59,663 bases of DNA from an uncultured bacterium. GTDB lineage: Bacteria > Fidelibacterota > Marinisomatia > Marinisomatales > UBA1611. The notes beneath the pieces are model-generated. The model was not told where the DNA came from and did not search any database. It saw only the letters and a list, made by a program, of their open reading frames with translations. The position numbers and the translations under genes are program-made. Below are positions 27,347-36,503 of this stretch, one piece after another (position 1 is the stretch's first letter; the number at the start of each line of letters is the position of its first letter). The stretch covers positions 1-59,663 of the forward strand of contig CBFIBM010000012.1 of NCBI GenBank assembly GCA_965660855.1, read 5' to 3'.

Positions 27347-28681
27347 GTGAGTAGGATTAGGATTCTAAAGAATGGCATTCATTCAGGTAAATCAGTTTTA
27401 TATTGGATGATAAGAGATAAAAGAGCTAATGATAATTACGCACTTTTAACAGCCCAAAATTTAGCTATTAAGCATAATGCTTCTCTTATAGTCTGTTATC
27501 AATATATTGGAAACTTCCCAAAAGGTAATTTGAGGCAATATGAATTTTTGTTACAAGGTTTAAAAGAGACCTCAGAATTATTAAACCAACATAACATAGA
27601 TTTTTACTTATTACAAGGACCTGCTAATAAAGTATTACCAAAGTTAATTAATGAAAAATCAGTTGGATCGATGGTTGTTGATTATAGCCCACTGAAAATT
27701 TATAAAAAACGAATCAAAAGGGTTTTAGAAAAACTTTCTCTACCTGTATGCCAAGTGGACACGCACAATATTGTACCTGTATGGATAAGTTCTGATAAAA
27801 AAGAGTTTGCAGCACATACAATTCGGAAAAAAATAAATAGTAGATTGAATGATTACTTATCAGATATTCCAAAACTAGTAAATCATCCGATCAAATTAAA
27901 AAATAATTTTAATAAGATTTCATGGCATACTTTAAGTGAAAAATTAAATATTAACAAAAACATAAAATCAGTTGATTGGATAAAGCCAGGTGAAAAAGAA
28001 GCATTTGATAGATTAAAGAAATTAATAACATCACTAAAGGATTATCACCTAAAGCGCAATAATCCAACAATTAATGGTTTAAGTAATTTAAGCCCTTATT
28101 TTCATTTTGGGCACATTTCACCTCAGAGAGTCGCATATGAAATTTATCATTCTTATCTTCCAGAAGAAGATAAAAATACATTTCTTGAAGAGATGATAAT
28201 TCGTAGAGAATTAGCAGATAACTTTTGTGAATATGAAAATAATTATGATTTTTTTGAGGGATTTCATCCTTGGGCTCAAAAAACGTTGAATGAACATCGA
28301 AACGATGAAAGAGAATATGTATATGCTCCCCAACAATTTGAAGAAGCAAAAACCCATGATCCTTTATGGAATGCAGCACAAAATCAGATGGTTCACTTGG
28401 GAAAAATGCATGGTTATATGAGGATGTATTGGGCCAAAAAAATATTAGAATGGACACCCAACCCCGAAATTGCAATGCAAATTGCAATTGATTTAAATGA
28501 TAAATATGAACTAGATGGAAGGGATCCAAGTGGTTATACAGGAGTTGCATGGAGTATAGGGGGTGTTCATGACAGAGCTTGGTTTGAAAGACCTGTATTT
28601 GGAAAAATTAGATTTATGAATTATAATGGATGTAAATCTAAGTTTAATGTTAAACAGTACATTGAAATGAATAATTATTAA
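27347..28681 (+). CDS. phrB: Class II CPD photolyase
   Basis: YWMIRDKR..DN, QVDTHN, LSPYFHFGHIS, RRELADNF, MHGYMRMYWAKKILEW, DGRDP motifs. Confidence 0.95.
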   Translation: MSRIRILKNGIHSGKSVLYWMIRDKRANDNYALLTAQNLAIKHNASLIVCYQYIGNFPKGNLRQYEFLLQGLKETSELLNQHNIDFYLLQGPANKVLPKLINEKSVGSMVVDYSPLKIYKKRIKRVLEKLSLPVCQVDTHNIVPVWISSDKKEFAAHTIRKKINSRLNDYLSDIPKLVNHPIKLKNNFNKISWHTLSEKLNINKNIKSVDWIKPGEKEAFDRLKKLITSLKDYHLKRNNPTINGLSNLSPYFHFGHISPQRVAYEIYHSYLPEEDKNTFLEEMIIRRELADNFCEYENNYDFFEGFHPWAQKTLNEHRNDEREYVYAPQQFEEAKTHDPLWNAAQNQMVHLGKMHGYMRMYWAKKILEWTPNPEIAMQIAIDLNDKYELDGRDPSGYTGVAWSIGGVHDRAWFERPVFGKIRFMNYNGCKSKFNVKQYIEMNNY

Positions 28682-28713
28682 ATATTTTCCAAGAATATTT
28701 ATGAGTTGAATGA

Positions 28714-29316
28714 ATGAGTCATAAAGAAAACACCGTTCAGTTTTGGGATGAAATGTATGTATCTCAGAATACAGGTTGGGATTTAGATGGACCAACACCA
28801 GTCTTTGAAAAAATATCAAAAACTATCTCTAAAGGTAAAGTTTGTATCCTTGGGTGTGGAAGAGGATATGATGCTGTAATGTTTGCAGAAAATGATTTTA
28901 AGGTCACCGCAGTAGATTTTGCTCCTGAGGCAATTAAATCATTAAATAAACTTATAAATAAAAAGAAAGTAAACTTAACAGTTTTACAAGAAGATATTTT
29001 CAACTTAGAAGAACAATTCTTCGAATATTTTGATTATGTGATTGAGCAAACATGTTTTTGTGCTATTCATCCAACTCGTAGGTTGGATTATGCTCATTTA
29101 GTAACAAATATTCTAAAAAAAAATGGTAGATTGATCGGCTTATGGTTACCGTTAAATAAAAAAATCTCAGAAGGAGGTCCACCATATGGAACTTCAGTCA
29201 AAGAGGTAAAATCCTATTTTAAGAACCTATGGGAAGTAGAAATAGAAGAGTTTCCAGAATTATCCGTATCGTCAAGGATGAACAAGGAAAAGTTAATTAT
29301 TTTTAAAAAATTATGA
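28714..29316 (+). CDS. Thiopurine/thiol/halide S-methyltransferase family (TPMT-like)
   Basis: WDLDGPTP, LGCGRGYD, EQTCFCAIHP, GGPPY motifs. Confidence 0.85.
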   Translation: MSHKENTVQFWDEMYVSQNTGWDLDGPTPVFEKISKTISKGKVCILGCGRGYDAVMFAENDFKVTAVDFAPEAIKSLNKLINKKKVNLTVLQEDIFNLEEQFFEYFDYVIEQTCFCAIHPTRRLDYAHLVTNILKKNGRLIGLWLPLNKKISEGGPPYGTSVKEVKSYFKNLWEVEIEEFPELSVSSRMNKEKLIIFKKL

Positions 29317-29341
29317 TGATTTTTTATAGTTAATTTTAAGA

Positions 29342-30121
29342 ATGGATAGAGACTTAGATTTAGCAACTAAAGCTGCAATTGAGGCTGGAAAAGTAATTCT
29401 TAAATATTACAAATCTGAATATGAAGTTAGAGAAAAGTCTCACCATAACCCTGTTACAACTGCAGATCATGCTTCAAATGAAGTCTTAAAAAAGATTTTA
29501 TTAAATGAGCGGTCCAACTATGGTTGGCTTTCTGAAGAAACAGTTGACTCCCCTGATCGATTAACAAAAGAATATGTTTGGGTTGTCGATCCTATAGATG
29601 GAACAAAAGAATTCATAGAAGGAATACCAAATTTTGTTGTAAGTATTGGATTAGTACAAAATGAAAACACTATTTTAGGTGTTTTATTCAACCCTGTAAC
29701 AAAAGAGATTTTTACAGGGATAAAAGAGAGAGGTGCTTACTTAAATGGGAAAAAAATCCAATGTAATAAAGTCCTGAATATTTCTGATATGGTTATTTTG
29801 AATAGTCGTTCAGAAAGTAAAAGAGGATTATGGGATCCCTTTAATAATATTTTTGGTTCTTTAAAAGCAGTTGGATCGGTAGCCTACAAACTGGGTCTTA
29901 CAGCTGCTGGTAAATCTGATATTTTTGCATCTTTAAGGCCTAAAAATGAATGGGATATTTGTGCTGGGAATTGCATTATTGATGAAGCTGGTGGAAAGTT
30001 AATCGATTTAAATGGTAAACAAAGAAAATATAATCAGTTAAATACCTTGATTACTCCAGGATTAATTGCTGGAGATAAATCTGCTGTTGATAAAACATTA
30101 AATATTTTAAAAGGAAAATGA
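29342..30121 (+). CDS. cysQ: 3'(2'),5'-bisphosphate nucleotidase / inositol monophosphatase family
   Basis: PVTTAD, LSEE, WVVDPIDGTKEF, EWDICAG motifs. Confidence 0.8.
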   Translation: MDRDLDLATKAAIEAGKVILKYYKSEYEVREKSHHNPVTTADHASNEVLKKILLNERSNYGWLSEETVDSPDRLTKEYVWVVDPIDGTKEFIEGIPNFVVSIGLVQNENTILGVLFNPVTKEIFTGIKERGAYLNGKKIQCNKVLNISDMVILNSRSESKRGLWDPFNNIFGSLKAVGSVAYKLGLTAAGKSDIFASLRPKNEWDICAGNCIIDEAGGKLIDLNGKQRKYNQLNTLITPGLIAGDKSAVDKTLNILKGK

Positions 30122-30756
30122 AATTTATTTCAAAAGATATTGAAAGCTATTGCGGTGAACATTCTTTGAATGACTCTAAACTTTTATCAGATTTAACAAA
30201 AAGCACTTGGGAGTCAGAAAAATTTCCTCAGATGATTTCAGGACCTTTAGTTGGTGGTTTACTCCAGCTATTAATTAAAATTTCAAATGCAAAAAACATT
30301 CTTGAAATTGGTATGTTTACAGGATACAGTGCATTAAAAATGGCAGAAGCACTTCCTGAAGGGGGTTTTATTCATACTTGTGAAGAGAATAGCGATTATA
30401 TTCAAACAGCAAAAACTTGGATAAAAAAATCAAATTTGAAAGAAAAAATTATTATTCACGAGGGTAAAGCTATTAAGACTCTAAATGAATTTAATCTGAA
30501 TTCCTTTGATTTTTGTTTTATTGATGCCGATAAAATTAATTATCCATACTACTTGGAAAAATGTTTAGATGTATTACGATTAGGTGGTTTAGCTGTCTTC
30601 GACAATATGTTATGGAGTGGTGAGGTTCTATCACCAGTGGATGATGATGCAAAAGCTTTAAGAGAAACCGCAATTTTAATTAGAAATAACCCTAATTTAG
30701 AACCGCTATTATTACCTGTACGTGATGGCGTAATGATTTTTAGAAAAATAGGATAG
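30118..30756 (+). CDS. Class I SAM O-methyltransferase (caffeoyl-CoA OMT-like)
   Basis: LEIGMFTGYS, FIDADK, DNMLWSG, RDG motifs. Confidence 0.88.
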   Translation: MKFISKDIESYCGEHSLNDSKLLSDLTKSTWESEKFPQMISGPLVGGLLQLLIKISNAKNILEIGMFTGYSALKMAEALPEGGFIHTCEENSDYIQTAKTWIKKSNLKEKIIIHEGKAIKTLNEFNLNSFDFCFIDADKINYPYYLEKCLDVLRLGGLAVFDNMLWSGEVLSPVDDDAKALRETAILIRNNPNLEPLLLPVRDGVMIFRKIG

Positions 30757-30765
30757 TGAAAAGTA

Positions 30766-31725
30766 ATGTTAGAGACTTCAAATAATACTATAAAGTGTTT
30801 AGATAAAGGATTTGTCAGACTTGTAGACTCCATGGGTGGAGATGATGCGATTGTTCAAGCGGCACGAGTAAGTTATGGAAAAGGAACTAGTAAGGTATCT
30901 CAAGATAGAGGTTTAATTAGATATCTTATGAGACATCGTCATACAACACCACTAGAAATGGTCGAGTTTAAGTTTCATTGTAAAATGCCAATCTTTGTTG
31001 CAAGGCAATGGGTAAGGCACAGAACTGCAAATATAAATGAGTACTCGCTAAGGTATTCCGAGGCTAGAGATGAATTTTATATTCCAAATAAAGAGCATAT
31101 ACAATTTCAGAGTACTTTAAATAAACAAGGTCGAATGGGTGCTGTCTCAGATGAATTAAAGAATAAAGTACAAGATTATTTTCAAGAAATTTCAGATAGA
31201 AGTTTTGAAATATATTCAGAGCTGAATCAAGCAGGTGTTGCGAGGGAACTTGCAAGAGCATTATTACCTGTGAATCTTTATACCGAGTGGTATTGGAAAA
31301 ATGATTTGCATAATTTATTGCACTTTGTAGGTTTACGATCAGATAGTCATGCACAATACGAGATACGTGTTTTCTCAGATGCAATGGCTGAATCAATAAA
31401 AGCAGTTGCTCCATTTGCTTGGGAAGCATATCAAGACTATGCAGTGAGAGGTTTAAGGTTTTCAAGAATTGAGCAAGGAATTTTAGAGAAAAATTTACCT
31501 AATAGAGTAATAGATGATTTAGTTGGAGATGTTGATTATCAAATTACAGCATCAATTCACAGTAATAAACCAAGAGAAGAAAGAGACCTTTACCCTTTAT
31601 ATCAAAAACAAGGCGGAACAGATACTCTAGAAGATTTTAACCTTAAATGGGAATCTGGCGAAGTTAAAACGGGTAATGTTCGTGAATTACGAGAGTTTAA
31701 AGAAAAGTTAAACTCTTTAAAATAA
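30766..31725 (+). CDS. thyX: FAD-dependent thymidylate synthase
   Basis: AARVSY, HTTPLE, RQWVRHRTANINEYSLRYS, ARELAR, HAQYEIR motifs. Confidence 0.95.
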   Translation: MLETSNNTIKCLDKGFVRLVDSMGGDDAIVQAARVSYGKGTSKVSQDRGLIRYLMRHRHTTPLEMVEFKFHCKMPIFVARQWVRHRTANINEYSLRYSEARDEFYIPNKEHIQFQSTLNKQGRMGAVSDELKNKVQDYFQEISDRSFEIYSELNQAGVARELARALLPVNLYTEWYWKNDLHNLLHFVGLRSDSHAQYEIRVFSDAMAESIKAVAPFAWEAYQDYAVRGLRFSRIEQGILEKNLPNRVIDDLVGDVDYQITASIHSNKPREERDLYPLYQKQGGTDTLEDFNLKWESGEVKTGNVRELREFKEKLNSLK

Positions 31726-31759
31726 TTTGGAATAAATCATATTATTGATGGGTTTTTAA

Positions 31760-33967
31760 TTGTTTAATCGCGCAGAAATAGTAGATAAGAATTTCACGCG
31801 GAGGTTAAATTCCAATGATTTTCCTCAGTCACGTATTAATGTAAAATATAATGATTTAGGTTTTAATAAAAAAAAAATAATTCAAATATTTGAATCTCAA
31901 ATTTCAAGTCGACATATTGATCTAAAAGCACGTATAATGAAAGAAGCTGGTGATTGCTTTTATACCATAGGAAGCTCAGGACATGAAGGAAATGCGGTAT
32001 TCGGTCATATTTTCCCTTATACTGATATGGCTTTTTTACATTATAGAAGCGGTCCTTTTTTTATTGAAAGATCAAGGCAAATAAATAATTCCACTCCTAT
32101 CTATGATTTAGCTCTTTCTTTTGTAGCATCTTCTGAAGATCCTATAAGTGGAGGCAGGCACAAAGTCTTCGGAAGTAAATTATTAAATATCCCGCCACAA
32201 ACCAGCACTATAGCCAGTCATCTGCCCAAGGCAGTTGGGACTGCCTATTCGATTGATAGAGGATTAAATTTAGGACTTAAAGAAAACAACCTTAATCCTA
32301 ATAGTATTATTTTATGTAGTTTTGGAGATGCAAGTGCTAATCATGCTTCGGCATTAAGTGCGATTAATACCGCCTGTTGGATAAAAGATAAAGGTGGGCA
32401 TGTACCCATAATATTTATTTGTGAAGATAATGGGACAGGAATTTCTGTTAAGACAGAGGAACACTGGATTGAACAAAATTTTTCTAATAAAGCAGGATTG
32501 AACTATATTAAAACTGATGGTTTAAATATATTTGATTTGATTTTACAAACTTATAAAGCAGAAAAAATATCAAGGATTAAGAGGGAACCTGTTTTTTTAC
32601 ATATGAAAACAGTTCGTTTAATGGGGCATGCCGGATCAGATGTAGAATCCGGATATAAGGATTTAAAACAAATTGAAGAAATAGAGTTTAATGATCCATT
32701 ACTCCATACGGCTAAACTACTAATTGAAAATAGAATATTAAGCAAAAATGATATTTTAGACATCTATGAAGAATCTAGAAATCAAATTAAGCATGTTTTT
32801 AATTATTCAATTAGTAGACCAAAGTTAAAAACTGCTATGGAAGTAATGAGTTCGATTATTCAAAATAAGAAGTCGAATCCAATACCTGAGAAACCAAAAG
32901 AAGAAGTAAGAGTTAAAATATTTGGGAAAGAATATTCTCGAATAAAAACACCACAGCATATGGCTAAGTTAATTAATTATGCTTTGTATGATATTTTAAT
33001 TAGGTATTCTAATACAGTAATATTTGGAGAAGATGTTGCCGTAAAAGGGGGAGTCTATAATGTTACATCAGATCTTCATAAAAAATTTGGAGTAAGACGA
33101 GTTTTTGATAGTCCATTAGATGAAACTTCAATTATTGGTTTTGCAATAGGTTTTGGGCACAATGGTTTTATACCAATACCTGAAATTCAATTCTTAGCTT
33201 ATTTTCATAATGCTGAAGATCAACTCAGGGGAGAGGCTGCAACATTGCCATTTTTTTCTAAAGGTCAATTCACAAACCCAATAATATTAAGAATTCCTGG
33301 TTTAGCCTATCAAAAAGGTTTTGGTGGTCACTTTCACAATGATAATTCATTAACGATTTTTAGAGATATACCTGGAGTTATTCTTGCGGTTCCTTCGAAT
33401 GGATCAGACGCTGTAAAAATGTTAAGAACATCTGTGAAAGAAGCTGTAAAAAATGGAAGAATAGTTGTATTTATCGAGCCAATTGCTCTATATATGACTA
33501 AAGATCTATATAAACCTAAGGATAAAAAATGGACTTTTAAATATCCTGAACCAGATGAAGAGATTCCATTAGGAAATTTAAAATCATACGGTGAAGGAAA
33601 TTGTCTAACAATTATTTCCTATGGAAACGGTTTATATCTATCACTTCAAGCACAAAAGTTAATCGAAGAAAAATTAAATAAAAAAATAAAAGTTATAGAT
33701 TTAAGGTGGCTATCAGATATCAACTATTCAGTACTTATTGATGAAATAAGTACCTGTACAAAGATTTTAATTGTGGATGAATGCCGTAGGAAGGGGTCTT
33801 ATGGTGAAGGGATGTTTTATGAATTGTACAAAAGAATAAATAGAGACGTTAAAATTAAACTTCATGCAGCAAAAAATAGTTTTATACCCTTAGGTGAATC
33901 TGCTACAGTAACATTACCCAGTAAAGACTCAATATTTAAAATAGCTATTAAATTTATTAATGAGTAG
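31760..33967 (+). CDS. Fused 2-oxoacid dehydrogenase E1 alpha/beta (ThDP-dependent)
   Basis: FGDAS...CEDN ThDP motif, RLMGH, FGEDV, PLDET, EIQFLAY, GGHFH, VIDLRWL motifs. Confidence 0.9.
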   Translation: MFNRAEIVDKNFTRRLNSNDFPQSRINVKYNDLGFNKKKIIQIFESQISSRHIDLKARIMKEAGDCFYTIGSSGHEGNAVFGHIFPYTDMAFLHYRSGPFFIERSRQINNSTPIYDLALSFVASSEDPISGGRHKVFGSKLLNIPPQTSTIASHLPKAVGTAYSIDRGLNLGLKENNLNPNSIILCSFGDASANHASALSAINTACWIKDKGGHVPIIFICEDNGTGISVKTEEHWIEQNFSNKAGLNYIKTDGLNIFDLILQTYKAEKISRIKREPVFLHMKTVRLMGHAGSDVESGYKDLKQIEEIEFNDPLLHTAKLLIENRILSKNDILDIYEESRNQIKHVFNYSISRPKLKTAMEVMSSIIQNKKSNPIPEKPKEEVRVKIFGKEYSRIKTPQHMAKLINYALYDILIRYSNTVIFGEDVAVKGGVYNVTSDLHKKFGVRRVFDSPLDETSIIGFAIGFGHNGFIPIPEIQFLAYFHNAEDQLRGEAATLPFFSKGQFTNPIILRIPGLAYQKGFGGHFHNDNSLTIFRDIPGVILAVPSNGSDAVKMLRTSVKEAVKNGRIVVFIEPIALYMTKDLYKPKDKKWTFKYPEPDEEIPLGNLKSYGEGNCLTIISYGNGLYLSLQAQKLIEEKLNKKIKVIDLRWLSDINYSVLIDEISTCTKILIVDECRRKGSYGEGMFYELYKRINRDVKIKLHAAKNSFIPLGESATVTLPSKDSIFKIAIKFINE

Positions 33968-34973
33968 AACTAGAATAATCGTTATCGCACCTGGCCGAGG
34001 AGCTTATACCAGAGAAACGTCAGGTTATTTAAATGAATATGGAAAGACAGCTGAGCCAGATATAAAATGGATGGACAATATTAGGTCAGAAAAAGGATAT
34101 AGATCATTAACCGAACTTGATAGTTTACCTTTTAAAACAAAAATACATATGTTAGGAGAAAATGCATCTACTTTAATCTATGGATGTAGCCTATCTGATT
34201 TTTTATCTATTGATCGGGAAAAATATAAAATTGTTGGAGTTCTAGGCAACTCTATGGGATGGTATACCGCTCTTGTTTTAAGTGGAGCAATTTCAATAAA
34301 AAATGGATTTTATTTAATTCAAAGAATGGGATCAATGATGGAAAAAAATATTAAAGGTGGTCAAATTATTTATCCTATTATAGATGAAAACTGGATAATC
34401 AGTAGAAATAAACAAGATTTAGTTTTAAAACTAATTAATGAATCAGGTGCTTATGTATCAATTAACTTAGGAGGCTATATTGTCATAGGTGGAAGTCAAA
34501 AAGCATTAGACATGCTGTTAAAAAAGCTTCCTTCAATAGATGATTTTCCATTTCAGATTCCACTTCATGCTGCATTCCATACACCTTTAATGAGTGAAGT
34601 TTCAAAAATTGCTTTAGAAAAAATTCCACTATCTTATTTTAAAGAACCGAAAATACCCTTGATTAATGGGCAGGGACATATTTATATGCCTTACAGCGCA
34701 GATAGAGATGAATTGAGAAATTATACATTAACAAATCAAGTATTAAGACCCTATAATTTTACAGTCTCTATTGAAGTCGCATTAAAAGAATTTTGCCCAG
34801 ATAATATAGTTTTACTAGGGCCTGGAAATACTTTGGGTGGATCAATAGGACAAACCTTAATCAAAAATAATTGGCTTAATATCAAATCAAAAGAGAGCTT
34901 TATCCAATTACAAAAACAAAAACCATTTCTTATTTCTATGGGGGATAAAAAACAAAGGAGTTATTTATCTTAA
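33960..34973 (+). CDS. Divergent ACP S-malonyltransferase-like acyltransferase
   Basis: APGRG (cf. FPGQG), GNSMG nucleophile elbow, AAFHTPLM, LLGPG motifs. Confidence 0.8.
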   Translation: MSRTRIIVIAPGRGAYTRETSGYLNEYGKTAEPDIKWMDNIRSEKGYRSLTELDSLPFKTKIHMLGENASTLIYGCSLSDFLSIDREKYKIVGVLGNSMGWYTALVLSGAISIKNGFYLIQRMGSMMEKNIKGGQIIYPIIDENWIISRNKQDLVLKLINESGAYVSINLGGYIVIGGSQKALDMLLKKLPSIDDFPFQIPLHAAFHTPLMSEVSKIALEKIPLSYFKEPKIPLINGQGHIYMPYSADRDELRNYTLTNQVLRPYNFTVSIEVALKEFCPDNIVLLGPGNTLGGSIGQTLIKNNWLNIKSKESFIQLQKQKPFLISMGDKKQRSYLS

Positions 34974-36088
34974 AAGATAGAAATATTGAAATACTTGATT
35001 CAACTTTAAGAGAGGGTGAGCAGGCACCAGGTGTTTTCTTCACAATAGATCAAAAAGTAAAAATTGCTAAAGAGCTAGATCTTTTTGGTATTGATTTTAT
35101 TGAGATTGGACATCCTGCAGTTTCTCCAGACATCTATGAGGCTGTTGAAGCACTAAACTCGTTGAACTTAAAAGCAAATAAAATAGCACATGGTAGAAGT
35201 TCGAAATCAGATATTAACGATGCGAAGATATTAGGAATTGAATGGATTGGTATATTTTATGGAACCTCATCTTTAAGTAGAAAATATAAATACAACGTAA
35301 ATAAATCAGAGTGTCTTAAGCAAATTGAAAAAGCAGTAATGTATGCAAAAGATCAAGGATTAAAAGTAAGGTTCACAGCCGAAGATGCAAGTCGAACCGA
35401 ACTAGACTTTTTAATTAGAATAGGAACTTTAGTACAAAATTCAGGTGCTGATAGGTTTAGTTTTGCAGATACAGTAGGATGTCTAACTCCAACAAAAATA
35501 AAATTTATAATTTCACGATTATCCAAAGAACTTGATATACCAATTCATGTACATTGCCATAATGATTTCGGTATGGCAACAGCAAATTCTCTTTCTTCGG
35601 TTGAAAGTGGGGCTCAATGTGTTGATGTTTCAATTAATGGACTTGGTGAAAGATGCGGAATTGCTCCTCTTTCGGAGGTTGTGACAGCCTTAGGAAGTCT
35701 CTATAAAATTGAAGGTAAAAATTGGAAGTTCAAAATGCTTCCAGAATTAACAAATAATATTGAAAAGATATCCAACTATAACTCAAAAGTTAATCAACCA
35801 ATTATTGGTAAAAATGCTTTCATTCATAAAGCAGGTCTTCACACAAGCAGTGTTTTAAAAAACCCCATTACTTATGAGCCTTTCCCACCGGAGATAATTA
35901 ATAGGAAAAGAAAAATACAAATTAATAAGTTTACGGGATTGTCTACTTTAAAAGAAAAGCTTAGGCTACTTGATTTTATATTGAACGATAAAGAATTGAG
36001 ATTGGTATTAAGTAAAATAAAATCGTTTACAAACAAAAATAATTGGTCTGAGAAAGAGCTAATTAAGCTTGTCAATACGATTAAATAG
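34967..36088 (+). CDS. Homocitrate synthase / DRE-TIM metallolyase (LeuA family, no regulatory domain); probable non-canonical ATC start
   Basis: Frame is open upstream of the track start (35162) and contains DSTLREGEQ; also RFTAEDASR, ADTVG, HCHNDFG, GLGERCG, HKAGLH. AAGGAG lies 6 nt before ATC 34967. Confidence 0.85.
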   Translation: MLKDRNIEILDSTLREGEQAPGVFFTIDQKVKIAKELDLFGIDFIEIGHPAVSPDIYEAVEALNSLNLKANKIAHGRSSKSDINDAKILGIEWIGIFYGTSSLSRKYKYNVNKSECLKQIEKAVMYAKDQGLKVRFTAEDASRTELDFLIRIGTLVQNSGADRFSFADTVGCLTPTKIKFIISRLSKELDIPIHVHCHNDFGMATANSLSSVESGAQCVDVSINGLGERCGIAPLSEVVTALGSLYKIEGKNWKFKMLPELTNNIEKISNYNSKVNQPIIGKNAFIHKAGLHTSSVLKNPITYEPFPPEIINRKRKIQINKFTGLSTLKEKLRLLDFILNDKELRLVLSKIKSFTNKNNWSEKELIKLVNTIK

Positions 36089-36503
36089 ACTTATAAGTTT
36101 GAATTTGTTTTATGGCTGAAAGACCAACTTCATAACCTTTATTATTTTTATCATTCATCGATCTAAGTATTGCAAGTTCCTTAGTTTGGCAAGTTAAAAT
36201 ACCAAATAAAATTGGAATCAAGCTTTGTATTGTAATTTGCATCATACCTTTAGAAACAGCATCGCAAATAAATTTATAATGGTCTGTGTCACCTTGAATA
36301 ACACACCCGAGTGTGATAATTGCTTCATATTCTTGTTTTTTTACTAATAAATTTGTAGTGGCTGGTATTTCAAATGCTCCGGGTACTTCAAATATTTTAA
36401 TTTGATTTTCAGAAATATTTTTTTCTTCAAGCGCTTTTATGCAACCTTCAAGTAAGCCAGTCGTTACAGTTGAATTAAAAGTGCTTTTAATTATTGCGAT
36501 CAT
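36081..36503 (-). CDS. ribH: 6,7-dimethyl-8-ribityllumazine synthase
   Basis: VPGAFEIP, LGCVIQGDTDHY, FGILT, NKGYE motifs. Confidence 0.95.
   Translation of the reverse strand: MIAIIKSTFNSTVTTGLLEGCIKALEEKNISENQIKIFEVPGAFEIPATTNLLVKKQEYEAIITLGCVIQGDTDHYKFICDAVSKGMMQITIQSLIPILFGILTCQTKELAILRSMNDKNNKGYEVGLSAIKQIQTYKSI

Noticed and set aside
28071..28550. Long antisense or alternate-frame ORFs (this one, 31064-31465, 50712-51182, 40586-40906 and similar)
   Set aside because: They lie largely or wholly over well-supported genes and show no recognisable motifs.
35162..36088. Pseudogene call for the apparently truncated synthase
   Set aside because: The missing N-terminal motif is present in frame and the catalytic motifs are intact; a start-codon issue is more likely.
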